Below, piece after piece: positions 45,481-59,614 of a stretch of 64,000 nucleotides of DNA (its first letter is position 1; each line of letters opens with the position of its first letter). Position numbers and translations under genes: made by a program. Source of the DNA: Tubiluchus corallicola (taxonomy: Eukaryota; Animalia; Priapulida); the NCBI GenBank assembly GCA_030141605.1, contig JAQGDQ010000026.1, positions 62,001 to 126,000 on the forward strand, given 5' to 3'. The notes under the pieces are model-generated. The model did no database searches. It saw nothing but the letters and a program-made list of their open reading frames with translations, and was not told the DNA's origin.

Positions 45481-46686
45481 CATCAGACTTGGCATAATAG
45501 GGATCTGTGTAATTCGGAATACCATTCACCTCAGACAGATTCGGTAAAACGGATTTGATTCTATTTTATAAGCAATCGCTATATTAGTATATGAGTACGA
45601 GTATATTAATGCTTAAAGCAATCGCAAAACTCGGCATTTTAACTATGTAATTTGCTGAATTCAGTAAATTTTAGGGGAACAATGTATTTGCTGTGCTTAT
45701 CTCAGGCCATACAGAATAGTGTCAATACAATGAATTCTTGCACATATTCATGGGTGTCCTGTCACCAGGGATGTAAAAGAATTGGAAAACTAATCAATAA
45801 ATACTAATGGTGTTGGGCCAGCTTATCTTTTTGAAAATGTTCAACAAGCTGTCTCTACATGATTTGCTAATGGTTGACTGTGTTGACAGTAAATGCTCAC
45901 TGCATTACACGTAGGATTGATAAGCTAGATTCACCAACTGCTGTATTTGCACCTCATTCAAATAACAATTCTGCTAAGAAACCTCAGGGAGAGAAAATCA
46001 ATAAACATCAATTTTCCATTAGATTAGGTAAAAACAAATAAAATAAATAAATCTTTATTTTGTACTATTATAAACAATAGTGACACAGCCACTCTATTTG
46101 CAAGGAAAAGTCCTACTAATATACACATCCACGTATTTAAAATTGTGACTACAAAGTTAATGCAAAAGTGCACACAAAATAATGTAAAACAAAACATAGT
46201 TAAAAAATCACCTAAATTTACATTATGATTGGATGATTAATAAGAAATAATACTGAACAAATTACATACAGATAGTGCCTTGTAACTCACACTTAGTGCA
46301 AATAGCTGTAATTAAATAATGAAAGCTGCGTTTTCAATCTAATTTATAAAGTCTTTAGTAATCAAATCTTTAACAACATTTACAAGCATACAACAAGAAT
46401 TTTTGTCTCAATAGCAGCATATATCTTTTAAATCAAAACTTGGCATAGCTATTCTCATTTGTTGTTGCATGTCTGTTCTTACTAAGGGGCAATTAAAATT
46501 AAATGTGTTTGTGTTTGTTTATCTGTCTTACAAACACACAAGCTGGCATCAGTTAGACCTACTAAATTATAAAAACTGTTACAACCACGTCTTAAATTCT
46601 TCCCACTATGTTTTTATGTGTATTGAGTCCAACACCAAAGGCTGACCAAAGATCCTCAAACTGATAAGACAGAGAAAGTGACATGC

Positions 46687-46765
<79 letters not shown>

Positions 46766-46778
46766 GATGGAGAGAGAG

Positions 46779-46827
<49 letters not shown>

Positions 46828-46841
46828 AGGAGAGAGAGAGA
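46687..46841. repeat. (GA)n microsatellite
   Basis: Visible run; it explains the poly-RE ORF. Confidence 0.95.
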
Positions 46842-47629
46842 CTTGATTTTGATTTAAATCTTTATTTCAAACAAAGTTCATCTAAAAATTTACAACACAT
46901 TACAAAAACAAAAAAATACACTTAAATTTGGTTAATAAATTTACCAATTGTGCACATAGGGAATTTTTCTCAAATTGTCTCTAACATCAGATGAAAATAT
47001 GCATCGCATTCTAAATTTTTACAGATCTATAATATTTGTACTGTTACTGAGTTTGCTATACAGACTATATACACTTATCCTATAAATTACATCAAAATAC
47101 AACACACTACAGTTAATAGCAATAGTCTATAGGAGAGAGAAGGGAAAGAAAGAAAGGGAAAGAGAGTACTGGTAACATTTTACTTAAGAAGCAATGTTCA
47201 AAGTAAACTGATTAGTTTTAAAGTGATTATAAAATTCTGACTGCAACACTATTGTTCAGATTTCCACTGTTGGCTTCAGTAGGCCCCGATACACTGTCTA
47301 AAGTTCTCAATAAATGCACGTGGTGCCTTTATGCATGCATGAGAGTATGTAAACCTTACATATCAAATTGCACTGCTCATTGCTTCATTGTGATAAATGG
47401 GTGGTTCCATCTTCAACTGTGGTGCAGTGGATGTGTAACTGTTGTTAATTGCTAAGCATTTTCTAAATAGATTATTTGAAACAAATGTCAGCCAACAATG
47501 AGTTATTTTAAAGAATATTAACTTGTATTTGGCCATGAAGCCGGCTCATGTTTCACTAAATAGCTATGAGCAGGCACACAGTGCATCCAACGAGAAATGA
47601 ATGCATGAATTGGGTATTTGGTCAAAATG

Positions 47630-47720
47630 TCAGCATGTGTTTTCATTCAGGGTTGTCGATCCATGGAACAGACTCCCAGCAAATGTAATTGAGGCAACAA
47701 ACATTGAGCAATTTAAGGGG
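47630..47720 (+). mobile_element. CR1 LINE extreme 3' fragment
   Basis: VFSFRVVDPWNRLPANVIEATNIEQFK is the typical CR1 ORF2 C-terminus. Confidence 0.7.
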
Positions 47721-50095
47721 CAAGCACTGGCAGCAGAATTCAAAATTCATAGATCCCATGTTACAAACTGTTCTGATGGCATGACCTCCCTCCGATGGTG
47801 CCACTATATTAACATTTTAGTATAAATTAGTTTAATATAGTGGACGGGCAAATAGCATTCATGCCAACGTCACTAAACTCTTCAATGGTAATTTGGCAAA
47901 TGACCAACAAATAGGGAACAAAAAATATTATGAAACTCGTTACTCATTAGTGAGCGCAAATAATGTAAACAGTTTCAAACATAAGCTTGATACAGAACTC
48001 CGAGCGAGAAACCACCTATTTTAATACCAGTTCGGTATATTAGGACGAGAGTAAACCAACAACGAATAAATGGACGAGGTTGTACTTTGGCTAGCTACTC
48101 AGTGGATGAGAGATTGGTACAAGAGACGGAAATCAGGGTTTGCTCACCATGAAAGTGAGTATTATGGAAAGCAAAAAACAAAGTAATTCAGTAAAGTCAT
48201 TTAACCTAACCTTTCAAAATCAGATTGAATCACAATTTCACCTTTTACGATAACAAAATCCAGCAATTATTTTGTATAAATCCTAAATCTTTTACATTTT
48301 TAATTTTCACTTTAATGCTGTAGCACTATCCCAATAAGGCAAATCTTTTAGTCAGAAGCTGTATATCATTCAGAGACGCACTGCTCACTTGCTTCTGTTG
48401 CATATAACAATAATAATAATGTTGCTCACGAGAAACAGCCAATCCTACACCAAAAGTCACGGAATGTAAAAGTTTAATGGCACATTATTCTAGTTGTTAA
48501 TTGTCAAAATTGTCGTATAATTTATATTTTGAAAGCTCACAGGTATGTCTTTTTACGATATTTTTGCAAAAATTCATTGCAGCTGTAGATGCAATTGAAT
48601 AGCCAAGTTTTGCTTGTTATTGTGTCACACCAAACTTTGTGCTTCCTACATATATTCCAGTGCATTATTCCTCGAATGATCAGGATTTGCAACAGACTTC
48701 TAGCCAAAGCCCTATAAATTCCACGAGACATTCTGGTGACAATCAATGTTATCAGTTATGAAGATGCCTGCTTACACGAGAAGATTGTAAAATTTGCAAC
48801 GTGTCTTAGGTGCACATTAGTAATGTGACATTACTTATCACATCCAGCATATTGTTGTTTCATGATATTGAGTTGACATTGTTCAGTGAACAAACGACAC
48901 ATTGACATCTCATGCCACTCTTGTTCAGCTGTTTTCAGCTTTTGGAATAACGATAGAATATTGAAGGTTAAAGAATGTATCATCAATATCTTATTGTTAT
49001 AAACAAGAAGTATGAGGATTTTGCATTTTTTATTTTATCCTTTTACAGAAGTGCTTATCAGGCATTTTAGTGCAAAACATTGTTAGAATCTTGACCGTTA
49101 TTATTTTTTTCACAAAAATAGTTGAAATAGTTTATTGTGACAATATGTTAACATTGTTATGATAAAACAAAATCCACAAAAATTATAAACAGCAAAATAC
49201 ACACTAAATAATTGAAAACTGTAAATTTCATAACTTTCCTGGTGGATGGTAACACACTTAAGTTAATAAAAGTATTTTTATTATCAAGTATGTACCAAGT
49301 TTTGCTTACAAAAACATTTTCATCATACTTAGGTTTCTCTGTAAGTTTCAGTAATAAACAATAACAAGCTCATACAGCACAGTTGCCAATGTCAAAAGCA
49401 GTTTCACAACTAATCAAAAATAGTACAAAGAAAAAAGGTAGGTAACTTTGGGAACTCTGTCCATTATCACAGCAGAGTTGATATTTCAGCCATATTTCCT
49501 GTCTTTACAAATCATTTAGAGAACCTATTTAACTCTGTAACTTACCTAATAATTGATAATATTCAATAGCAATATGAACCTGCTATTCTACAAGACCCAT
49601 GATTGTAATTCCTTGTTATAAAACTATGTTCATTGTCGTGTAAAACTGCAGGTTCAAGAAAAATTTGTACGTACATGTTAAAACAGTAGGGATTGGAGCT
49701 TCCTCTGAATTCACTTTTGGTGGTACACTTTACTAATTCAACATAGATAAATCACTGGCACAGTAAAAACTTAAAATTTAATACTACAGTACAAACTGAA
49801 CTGTAATATGCAATAGTAACTCAACAATTTTTTTGTATTTTTTCTACAGAAAACACAAGTAAAGACATTTCTTATAAAAATCATGGAACTTTTCATTAGC
49901 TTTTCTAACATACTATGTAGCTGACTTCTACATACAAAGATCCTATGTAACGCCTGTTCAATAGTTTCAACACAGTAAAATACTTAATCTCTGGTCAAAA
50001 CGTTTTGGCCAGTAAAAACAAGTTTCAGAAGTAAAATGAAACAATGGAGCCAACAATTTAAACATTTAAAGAATCCAGTAGGAACTAAAATTTTT

Positions 50096-53000
50096 TTACA
50101 ATTGTTTTGGAAAATTGTCTAACTTTTTCCTGCTGAACAAGCTCCGTTTATATGCTGGAAGGCAAGGGCGTTTAGCCTGAAATACATCAAACACATCTTC
50201 ATCGCTGTTCACTTTTTCTTCTTTTGCAACAGTTTCATTTTTGATCACTTTTCTTGGAATCTAATAAGAAATAAAAAGAATTTTCAAACAAATTTTGATC
50301 CAGAAAATTAGAAATTTTCTAAAAATGTAACAAGCACCACTGCTTGTTTGTCACGTATCAAAATAACTGTCACCCAATAGTATCAAATCTAAAAAGTAAT
50401 GTCATTTATGCCATTTATTAATTTTGCATTTGCAGCCTCATAGTTACAAACACTAAAAAACAGAAATTACTAATTAGCTTGCACAAGAGCGCACATTTGA
50501 AATGCAGAACTACAATCTGCATCATTAGTTTACAAAAAATTATTTCAGTAGTTTTAGATATTCCACGAAGAGAGACTGTGTACATTTATCATAACATAAC
50601 ATGTTTTGATACCTTATTTGCTAACCCTGTAGGCTTTCTTCCTCGACTGCGTTGGACATTTGTATATAGTAGTCCAGCTAATGATGTATAGAGATTCGAT
50701 TTCACTAGTAATGGATTGTATGTGTCGACGATATCAAGCTACAAAAGCAAAAAAATGAAGCATAGAGAGAAAACAGCAGCTGTCAGTTTGCTGAAACATC
50801 ATAACCAGACTGCCCTTGTGATATACCAAATCCAGTGAGATGGTTATTCAAATGACTATGCAATATTGACCGCACAAACAACATTAATAATCAATGTGTA
50901 GTATGAGGTCATCAAAAGGTAATTTGATTGAGCCAGCAATTAATGAGAATTTTGGTAGCATCAAACTTCGCTGATAAATCTACTGCACTTTACGGCTACT
51001 TAACTTGTAACCAAAGAAAAGTGATTTTACACCTCTGTTCTAGAGTCAGCATGGCAGTACAAGAAAATGGTACAGAACTTCAAATGTGCACTCAAAAAAT
51101 TCTCAGTTACTACGTAAGAGTTTACTACAAGATGAACGTTGTTAGTCGATTAGCTGCAAAAGAATTTAAAAATGAAATTAAGTGATGGACTTCTGAAACA
51201 CTGTGTACAAATGATGGCTCTGCAAATATTTAGTGTTATAATACCGAGAAGCAAATTTGCTGCCATGTTTAGTCTTAACAATGAAAACAAATGAGTACAC
51301 ATTACCTTTTCCAAGCTGCTGGAAATAGCTGCCAGAGCATCTGCAGTAGGTTCTTCTCCGGAAACACACATTTCGTTTGGCACGGGTAATAACAATTCCT
51401 GTATGGCTATCGACTTGATTAACATAGTACTACCAGAAGAAGGAAGTAGAATGAAGTAGCCTGCGGTTTTTCCACTCCCGTCATATGGCTTGGAGTAAGT
51501 CAGTAATGCACAATCCTGTAAATGATGCACAGCTAATTAACTGCTTTAAAGTTAAAGGCAGAATGTAACATTTCATGTTAAAAACTGGTAGAAAGCAGCA
51601 ACTCTTTTTCAATCATCTGCCCAATAAGAACCAAATTTTGCACTTAAGAAACGGGACATCGCTGGAATTAATCATTCTAATAGTAATAACAATACCAATA
51701 TTGGCTAAATGAGCCCTAAACTAAACACTCTGATAAAAATAAACCAAGAAATAACATCACAGGAGTTGTCCTAAATACTTAAATGTTGTTTCTCAGTGCA
51801 GTTATTCTTCTACTAAATCTACCAAAAATTACATGAAGTGATAACCAAATCGTGTACAAAAGTTCTTATCTTCCTTATCTAGCAGAGCAATGAAATTATC
51901 TAACGAGAGTCAAAATTTTAAACTTTCAGACTGTTCTCACATAGCATTGTGTTATTCTAAATTTCTTGTTGTGGTAGCAGAAGGCAAATCTCACCTTTTC
52001 ATGCAAGCAATGGCAAAGAGCTTGAAAATGTTGGTGATTGCTCTCTAGCTCATCCCAGTCTGCTTTCCAACACGATGTGGCTTTCACAAGCATGGGCTAA
52101 AATGTTCAGAATATAGCAATCATACATACTAGTGGTTTCAAGTACAACAAAATACAATAAGTGAATAAAAAATATTCAATGAATTTGCAGCAACAGTTTT
52201 GGCACAGGTGTCAAAACATCCAAGAAAAAGTGTTAAATTCAAATATCGTAAAAAACTAAAGGCTATTTTTAAGGACGTTAACATTTTGTGTGGCAAAGTG
52301 ATAAACATAATTAGGTCTTGTTTTCACCAAACTTGTATAAACATCTCACATGTTATAAAAATAAGCATTTTCAGCATTACTTATATTTAATGCAATTGAT
52401 TTAGTAGTTATAACACAAACAAAAGACTGAAGTAAAAAAATCTTCTGAATACCATTCCAAACACAACACTTTCACACAAGCCTAGAAGTTTCACAAGTTT
52501 TGCGGCTTGCAACTGATGGACAGGTACTTCCACTTTCATTTGTTTGCTGAATATGTTTGATAGTGCTTTGTTATCACAATTAGATAGAAGGGCTTGGGCC
52601 ACTGTCTGGAAAAAGTTCATGTAAAAATTACACCTACTATATCCGCAAATACTCATTTAAATAGCAAGGTATCATAACTTTTGCTTATTCGATATTCAAT
52701 TGCTTTAGTGATAAACATAATGCATATTTATAACTGAATGAATAAATGCAATAATTCAAATGCATTTTCAAGACAAAAAACTTACTAAAGTAACATGCAC
52801 AGAGTTAAGTTATAGAATAAACTTAACTCTTTGTTAATTTCATAATTGTGAGAAATGAACTAGGTAAAGAAAACAGAAAATAGTATTTTTTCAATAAATG
52901 TTTTATCAGGTATTTACTATTTTTGTTATAGTTAATTTTGACCAAATAAACACTTTTACATAAGAGTTTTTGCCATATAAAGTTATAAGCAAAAATGTGA

Positions 53001-56000
53001 TAAAACTCTAAAATGACAATAGCAGAGTTAATAACTGCCAAATGACTATTTTATACACTCTTTATTCAAACATCAAACAAAAAAGTGCTCAACATTTAGA
53101 ACCAGTATATCATTTCATAAATGTCAGTTATAAAGAATAATTAGTGTAGTTACATTGACTAACAACTGCTCTTTTGTTTTATGCAAACATTATTTCTAAG
53201 TAATCATTCCTCAGTAATTTCCGCATACTTACAAAATCTGATGAGACTGGGAGAAGAGTTGGATCTAGGATTCTTTCTTGCATATCGCATTTAATGACCA
53301 TCTCTTCATTCTTCTGTCTTGTCCCTGAAGAAGAAACTACATCTGCTGGCAGTATGATGTGTAGATGCTCCTGATCGGTGCCTGAATCTCTCAACCACAT
53401 TTTAAACAAGTTCTCAAGACTCAGTAAATCTACAGAAAGAAATACATAAAATACTGCATGAAATTGAGTAAAATTGTTTCTAATTAGGTATTTTCTTTTG
53501 ACTGACCAAACAGATAACATATTAAAACACATACCTGCGATCCATTTGATTTAAATATGAATGTGAATTGTAGAAAGCCTGGGGATGATTTTGCTTCTGG
53601 TAGAATTGAGTCAAGGTGGCAAATGAATGCCAAGGAATTTTTGCATTTTTGGGTGTCAAAATTGAAATAAGTTATTTTGAATACATTGCGCCCAAAAATG
53701 CTTAATTTTCAAATTTTTGCATCTTTTAATATAAAAGATGTATGTATACTAGCGTATTTTTGAGAATAATACTATTAATTGTGACATATAGCTGGTGCTA
53801 ATGGCAAAGGAAGCCAGGTGATTTTGCAAAACTTATGTGTGAAGTTGGAGAATGCGTGGGAAGTGAAATTCGGTGTATGGGCATGTGTGTGAAAGACTTA
53901 AAATGCATATGACACATGCCTACTGCATAAGAGTTGCAGGTCTGTTATGAAACATTTAATTTCAACTGAGTCAACATATGTCCATCAGTTTTCAAAAAAC
54001 ACAAGTAACATCTTTACAAATTGAAGTTGAATACTATTAAACTAAAAATAAATCCGCATAAAAATGAAAATGGGAATAAAAAATGACTTTAAATTTGCCA
54101 CCTTTGAATGCTTTGCATTTTATTGCTGTTTAAGCTGTAAAATCCTTAATCATTATAAAGGGTTTGAAACCATTACACTAAGAGAACTTCTAGAAGACAA
54201 AGGCAGACGCTGTGACAACTTTCTACAGCCTGTGGTGTAGAGCCTGTTTAAATAGACGTTAGCTAAATTTTACAATTCCCCACATGCAAGAAGTTAGTTC
54301 GTGAAGCGGATTAGGGAAAGGGCTAAGATTGGGGTTAGGGTTGGGGTTGGGTTAGGTTAGGGTTATGGGTTAGGGTTTTTAAATTGTGTGGGAAACTGTG
54401 AACTCCTTCCTAGACATCATACTCAAACTAATAGAATGAGATTAATTAAAACACATGCCATTATCTATTTGTATCATTTCCACAATGCTGGCTGTGACAT
54501 CACTGATGCTAGAATTATGTGATGTGCTACTTGTTTGGCTGCACAAGCCAATACCATCATCGGATCCATAATCATTTAGTGTAGAATGTAATGAAATAAT
54601 TTGCATCTTCTAGAAAAAAGAAAGACAGGTATATGAATGGCATGTCCTAAAAATAAAAACAATAAAATGGAGCCTGGAAGTGTTAATAATAAATTGAAAC
54701 TAGATCACGCTTGTGAGCAAAGGCATATACTGCACATCATGATGTCATAGTAATGAAACCTGATGAACACCATTCAGCAGTTGCAGTAACGCTTGAAAGA
54801 TCTATCAACAAGAATCACTAGAATAAAAAGCTAATTTGACAAAATATTCTCTTGTTTAATATTTTGGCCCAGCTCATTACAGTAAAATAATTCATCCATT
54901 TTGTAAAAACATGCTAATTACATATGACAAACACGTATACAGCATTATTACCTCAAAAATACTGCCAATAACCTATTCTTACATCATGTTTTAACAAGAC
55001 AGTCATAAGACATATTACTACAGCTCTCGGATAGACATCACACACCTGCTGGTTAAAGTTGGCCTGTGTCACATAAAGATGACATCTCAAACTATATACA
55101 TAAAACTTATGAAAATAGGTGACGTAAAACTAAGAAATAGCAATTTCAGAAACCGTGTCATGCTGTCATATTTGCTTGAATGTGATTCAGAAACCTGTGC
55201 CAGTTCAGGCAGGTGATCTCGCTGTAACTTTGAGTAAGTGATGACTTATATACCTTTAGTTCATCCAAAGAGCTCTGCTGGATAAATTGTTCCACCTGCT
55301 TAACAAGCAAAGAGTTACATCGCCTCGTAATAATGTCAATTTCCAAATGAGATAAAGCACTTGATACCTACAAAAATAAAACTGACTATTTTTGTTTTGA
55401 GTGGCACAACAGCAAGTTTGGGAACACCCAAGACATGCTCAGATGCAAGAAAATAGACTTCAGTTCTTTGCAAAATTTTCTGGGGAAGGTCTTCCAGACT
55501 TCCGCTGGTGCAGTCAGTATTCATTGAAGTCCCCCATTATTCAGAGGCCTCTACGGCCCATTCAGTTAAAATCCCTTCTCTCTACAGCAAATTATTCTTT
55601 AATTGTTCATTTTACAGCAAAGCTGCCATATCCAGAATTCCCAGGTTCACTGTGATACGTAATAAAATGCAATAGTTAAAGAAATTTATATTGGGCATTG
55701 GGTGGTTACTCCATTGCATCAAAAATTCAGAGAGCTGCATCAAGACGTGGCCCTCATACTCAAGCAAATCTGTGACTTTTCCTGGACAGCAAAATGTTTT
55801 GTTTCACCAGGTTTGACGATCTTTTTAGTATCTAAATTTGAACATTTTGCAACAATACTCTGAGTAATTGTTTTACGCAATTTCAGCTTTACCCACAGTG
55901 TATTTGCCACCTGTATTTACCATTATCGTTGCACAGCCCAAATGGACGTTTACTGTTAACTCTTGCAGATTGGTACATGCTTTTCCATAGAGTAATACAC

Positions 56001-58351
56001 AAAGTTTTTTATTTTTTTCAAAATAGCTTTTAAATTAAAATTACTCGCCTTCAATAGATTTTGCGATTGTCTTTTAAACTGACTTGAAGCTTCTTGAAGA
56101 CACTTCAGCAGAGAATTATAACTTGTGGCTGCAGTAGTTCGGCAAGAATAATTCTTCTGAATATCTAACAGTATTTCTAGTGCTGCAACCATCTTGCTAA
56201 ATCCACCTTTTACATGTTGTACAGGAAACAGTACCTGAAACTATATGTAATTGATTTAAACACTACTGGCACCTGATAGAAAATGGGGCACTTAATGAAC
56301 CCTACAATTTAATTCAGTAAATGGACAGGCTATTAATGTGCTTTACAAAATATTTACTAATTACACTGACTGAAATTCTAATTAGTAGTATTAAAGATAT
56401 TACAAGTAGTTAACAATTGTGGATTCACAGCCACACTGATGAGCACGCACACATTTCATACACATGCTCTGCAAAAAACATTAAGTAAATGATGCCAACA
56501 CCATCTCCTAAACTTATTACTAAACTATTAATAGACATTGTAATTTCAAGATTTATTCTGTACAGAATTTGAAGTGCAAAAAAACATTTTACGTAGAATG
56601 CTAATTTGTTTGCAATGCAAGACTAATATCAATGTGTCTCGTCTAGAAACAGTCAAATAGGCAAAGTCTATTACATTTTGTACACTTTTACAAGAAAAAA
56701 AATAAAAACTTCTACATACTGACGTACATGAACTTACCTTTTCAGATGGTCCAAAGGCAATCAAACCAAACAAAGAAATTCTACATGGACCTTGCACAGA
56801 ACATACCAAGGCAAGCAAGTGCTCAAGAGCCTGCTTAATATTTTTGCACGTATCAGCATCCAGCTGATAATTAAAGTCAATCAACACAACATGAGCTGAA
56901 AAATTTGCTTTCACAATTCCAATTATGCCATAGAGCACCAAAAAGGTACATTTAAATGAAGTCTGTGAGAAATTTACAACTTCATCTTTAACTACACGTA
57001 ACACAATGTATATTACCTGTTTGCACATATAATACTGTACCATAGATATTAGTTGTTACTTGTTACTAATAAAATTAAATGAAAATTCAGATTAATCAAA
57101 ATTAAAAATCATAGAAAATTGTCCTACTGTACAAGTTTTCAGTAATTTTGCAGGTGCTTATGTTCAACCTGTTTTCGTGAACACTTTTCTCAATCTCAAA
57201 TCAGAATCCTTCGCAGTAAGCCATTATCCTGGTTCACAAAAAAAGTAAAGATATTTGATAGAAAACAATGTATAAAGGCCCAAACTGACTTCACTTTTCT
57301 AACTAGGGAAAATGAGATATCGACTGAGTTGTTCAAGCCAGTACGCCTATAAAAATGCTTATGGAAGAAAGAGGGGTGCTTTGGTCTCCATTTGGATGGA
57401 ATCAGAATGTTGGGAGCTTCTAATACAGGAAAGTAGTAAATAAAAGGAAGGCCCAAGCTTCTGATGACATACGAAAGCAGTAATTTTGGTTTTACGTTGT
57501 GATGGACTGATGATTCAAAACTGGTGTGAAGTGAAAAGAAGCAGACAACTTCATTCAAGTACTGTCCAAGACAATGTCATGAATTTCAAGGCATATCAAA
57601 ATTTTGTACCTCTGGCACTTTTACAGCATCTCTTGAGAACAGCTGAAAGGGCTGTAAAGATCAGCATTACTGAGGAGTTAAACGAACAGGTGGCATGTAA
57701 TCTGGTCTGAAGAAAGAATGAAAAATAAAAGATGTGGAACACAAGACCGCCAAAAAGCACAGACTTTTCCTAACTTAGCTATCAAACTCAAAGCAAAAAC
57801 CAGGATTCAAAAGGTCAACTAAAAAGATAAGGTTTCTTGACTTTCAAGACCAAAACGTTTGCCAGTTTTGTGTAGTGATTTGTAAGTAATGCCAAAATTG
57901 AAACCATTTACCTGCAATATGCAGGATGGTACAATGCTAAAGAAGCAAATACTATATGCTTATGGTTTTCAACTGCTATGAGGATGACCATTAAAATAAA
58001 GTGTATAAAAGTGCAAACGGTCGCACATGCAGTGTTAGGGTGTTCTAAATTGGAATGAAGCATGTCAATTTCACTTCGTTAAGTTATCCTTCAATTACTT
58101 CATGCAAACCAGAAACAAACTAAAACATGATTTTTCAGGTGTTACGTTAGTAATAATTTAACTTACTAGAGTATTAGTACAAAATTTAATTTTTTAATCG
58201 GAACATCATAAAAACATTCATTGACGATATGGTTGTAACATAAAATGAAAAATGATCTAAATCAATTTGAACAAATAACCATCCTGTAATAGATTATACC
58301 AGCATGTTTTGAGAAAATTTGTCTCGGGACTGAAGCAATTGAATGTTCCAT
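50096..58351 (-). CDS. M1AP: Meiosis 1 associated protein (M1AP), about 537 aa. Exons 58351-58300, 56895-56738, 56234-56049, 55367-55254, 54609-54459, 53429-53233, 52605-52453, 52096-51995, 51515-51306, 50738-50613, 50260-50096
   Basis: The spliced product is collinear with human M1AP: ALEHLLALVCSVQGPCRISLFGL, LFPVQHVKGGF, IDNDLLSLENLFKMWLRDSGTDQEHLHIIL, KCDMQERILDPTLL, GLCESVVFGMPMLVKATSCWKADWDELESNHQHFQALCHCL, YFILLPS...MLIKSIAIQELLLP, TYNPLLVKSNLY. Total 1614 nt with all phases consistent if two donors are GC (56048-56047 and 54458-54457). The first and last exons are less certain. Confidence 0.9.
54262..54410. mobile_element. MITE with a (TTAGGG)n-like core in M1AP intron 5
   Basis: Inverted arms tttacaattccccaca / tgtgggaaactgtgaa around ttagggttggggttgggttaggttagggttatgggttaggg. 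Decayed 9-bp flanks tagacgtta / tagacatca. Confidence 0.6.
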
Positions 58352-59614
58352 TGTTATTTCACATTGAGCTGAGTTTCACTGAGAAAAAATAAAATATCAT
58401 ATTTTAACGAAAATTTTGTTCGAGTTTACGAAAATATAAAACAAAGCAGGCAGCTATTCAGTCAACTCATACAAAATATGTAAATAAATATAAGTACTAG
58501 TATTGTAATCTAAAACGCCGTTTATCTCCTTAGTTAAAATTATACGTCATTGTAAGTAAGTAATATTCATATACATAATACATACACTATCATGCATGTA
58601 TAATATAATATATTATAGATATATATATATAGATTTAGATATAGATTTATATTTTAGACGCTTTGATAATGAACAGTTTTCTTCGAAACCGGTCGACAAT
58701 AAATTCCATTTTGATGAAGTTACATTTATTTGCCAAAATCTCTGTCTCTCTTTCTATAACACATATATATATATAAGTTATAGAATGAGTTCCCAAATAA
58801 TATATGGACAAATAACTTATTGACTAAATGCACACAAAAAATAATTACTACCAGTGCGTATATACATATATATATTGCACTATATTATCATATTGTCACA
58901 ACATAATTGTAAATAAATTTACACATACAAAATTGTGAAGTTGAAGTAAGTACAACAATACATCACAAAAATTTAATCCTAAGTTAGGAATAAAAGCACA
59001 TTTGCTGAGTCTCTGCAAACACGTACACATGCACTACACAAAAAAAAATACAAAGAAATCTCAAAAACAAAAGTTAATATTATATTTTGTAAATTAAATG
59101 AAAATTCAAGGTATTACATCGATCAATACTGAGATCACCTGCAAATTGTTTAAGGACAGAAAATCGATAAGCAATAGTGTGTATGAACGTGAACATTTTA
59201 AGTTTTACATAAAATAATAATAAATAAAGTGTGAGCATTAACTGAAAATGAAAGTTAATTTCATTAAGATGAAAGACTTGTATGTAAAATAATTTTTAAA
59301 TTTGACTAGATAGATAGAACCATTCTTAAATTATGAACAGAAAAAACACAGCCATACTATAATATTTATATGAAAGAGCCATTTCATGGTGCACAATTTT
59401 TTTAAATGTGATGTTGGAAAGCCTATTCTGAGACCTAAAACGATACAAAGAAAGAACATCGGCTCTCTAGGTTGTAGACACCTGGTAGGTTGTAGACCAG
59501 AGTAATGTTTTCATCAAAAAAGTTTACCGAAAGAATAAAACTCAATTTACGAGATTTATATCTCACTTCGCTTAAAATTATTATTACCTATATAAATAAT
59601 AACATTTACTTTAG

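Noticed and set aside
54310-54380. True telomere or chromosome-fusion scar
   Set aside because: The tract is short, degenerate and enclosed by inverted arms, so it is better explained as part of a MITE.
56896-57043. ATG at 57043 as the M1AP start
   Set aside because: The 5' part of that ORF is intronic. An acceptor at 56897-56896 and a phase-matched upstream exon (58351-58300) fit better.
57196-57710. ORFs in M1AP intron 1 as a nested gene
   Set aside because: No recognisable domain or splice structure. It may be a decayed retroelement, but I cannot support that.
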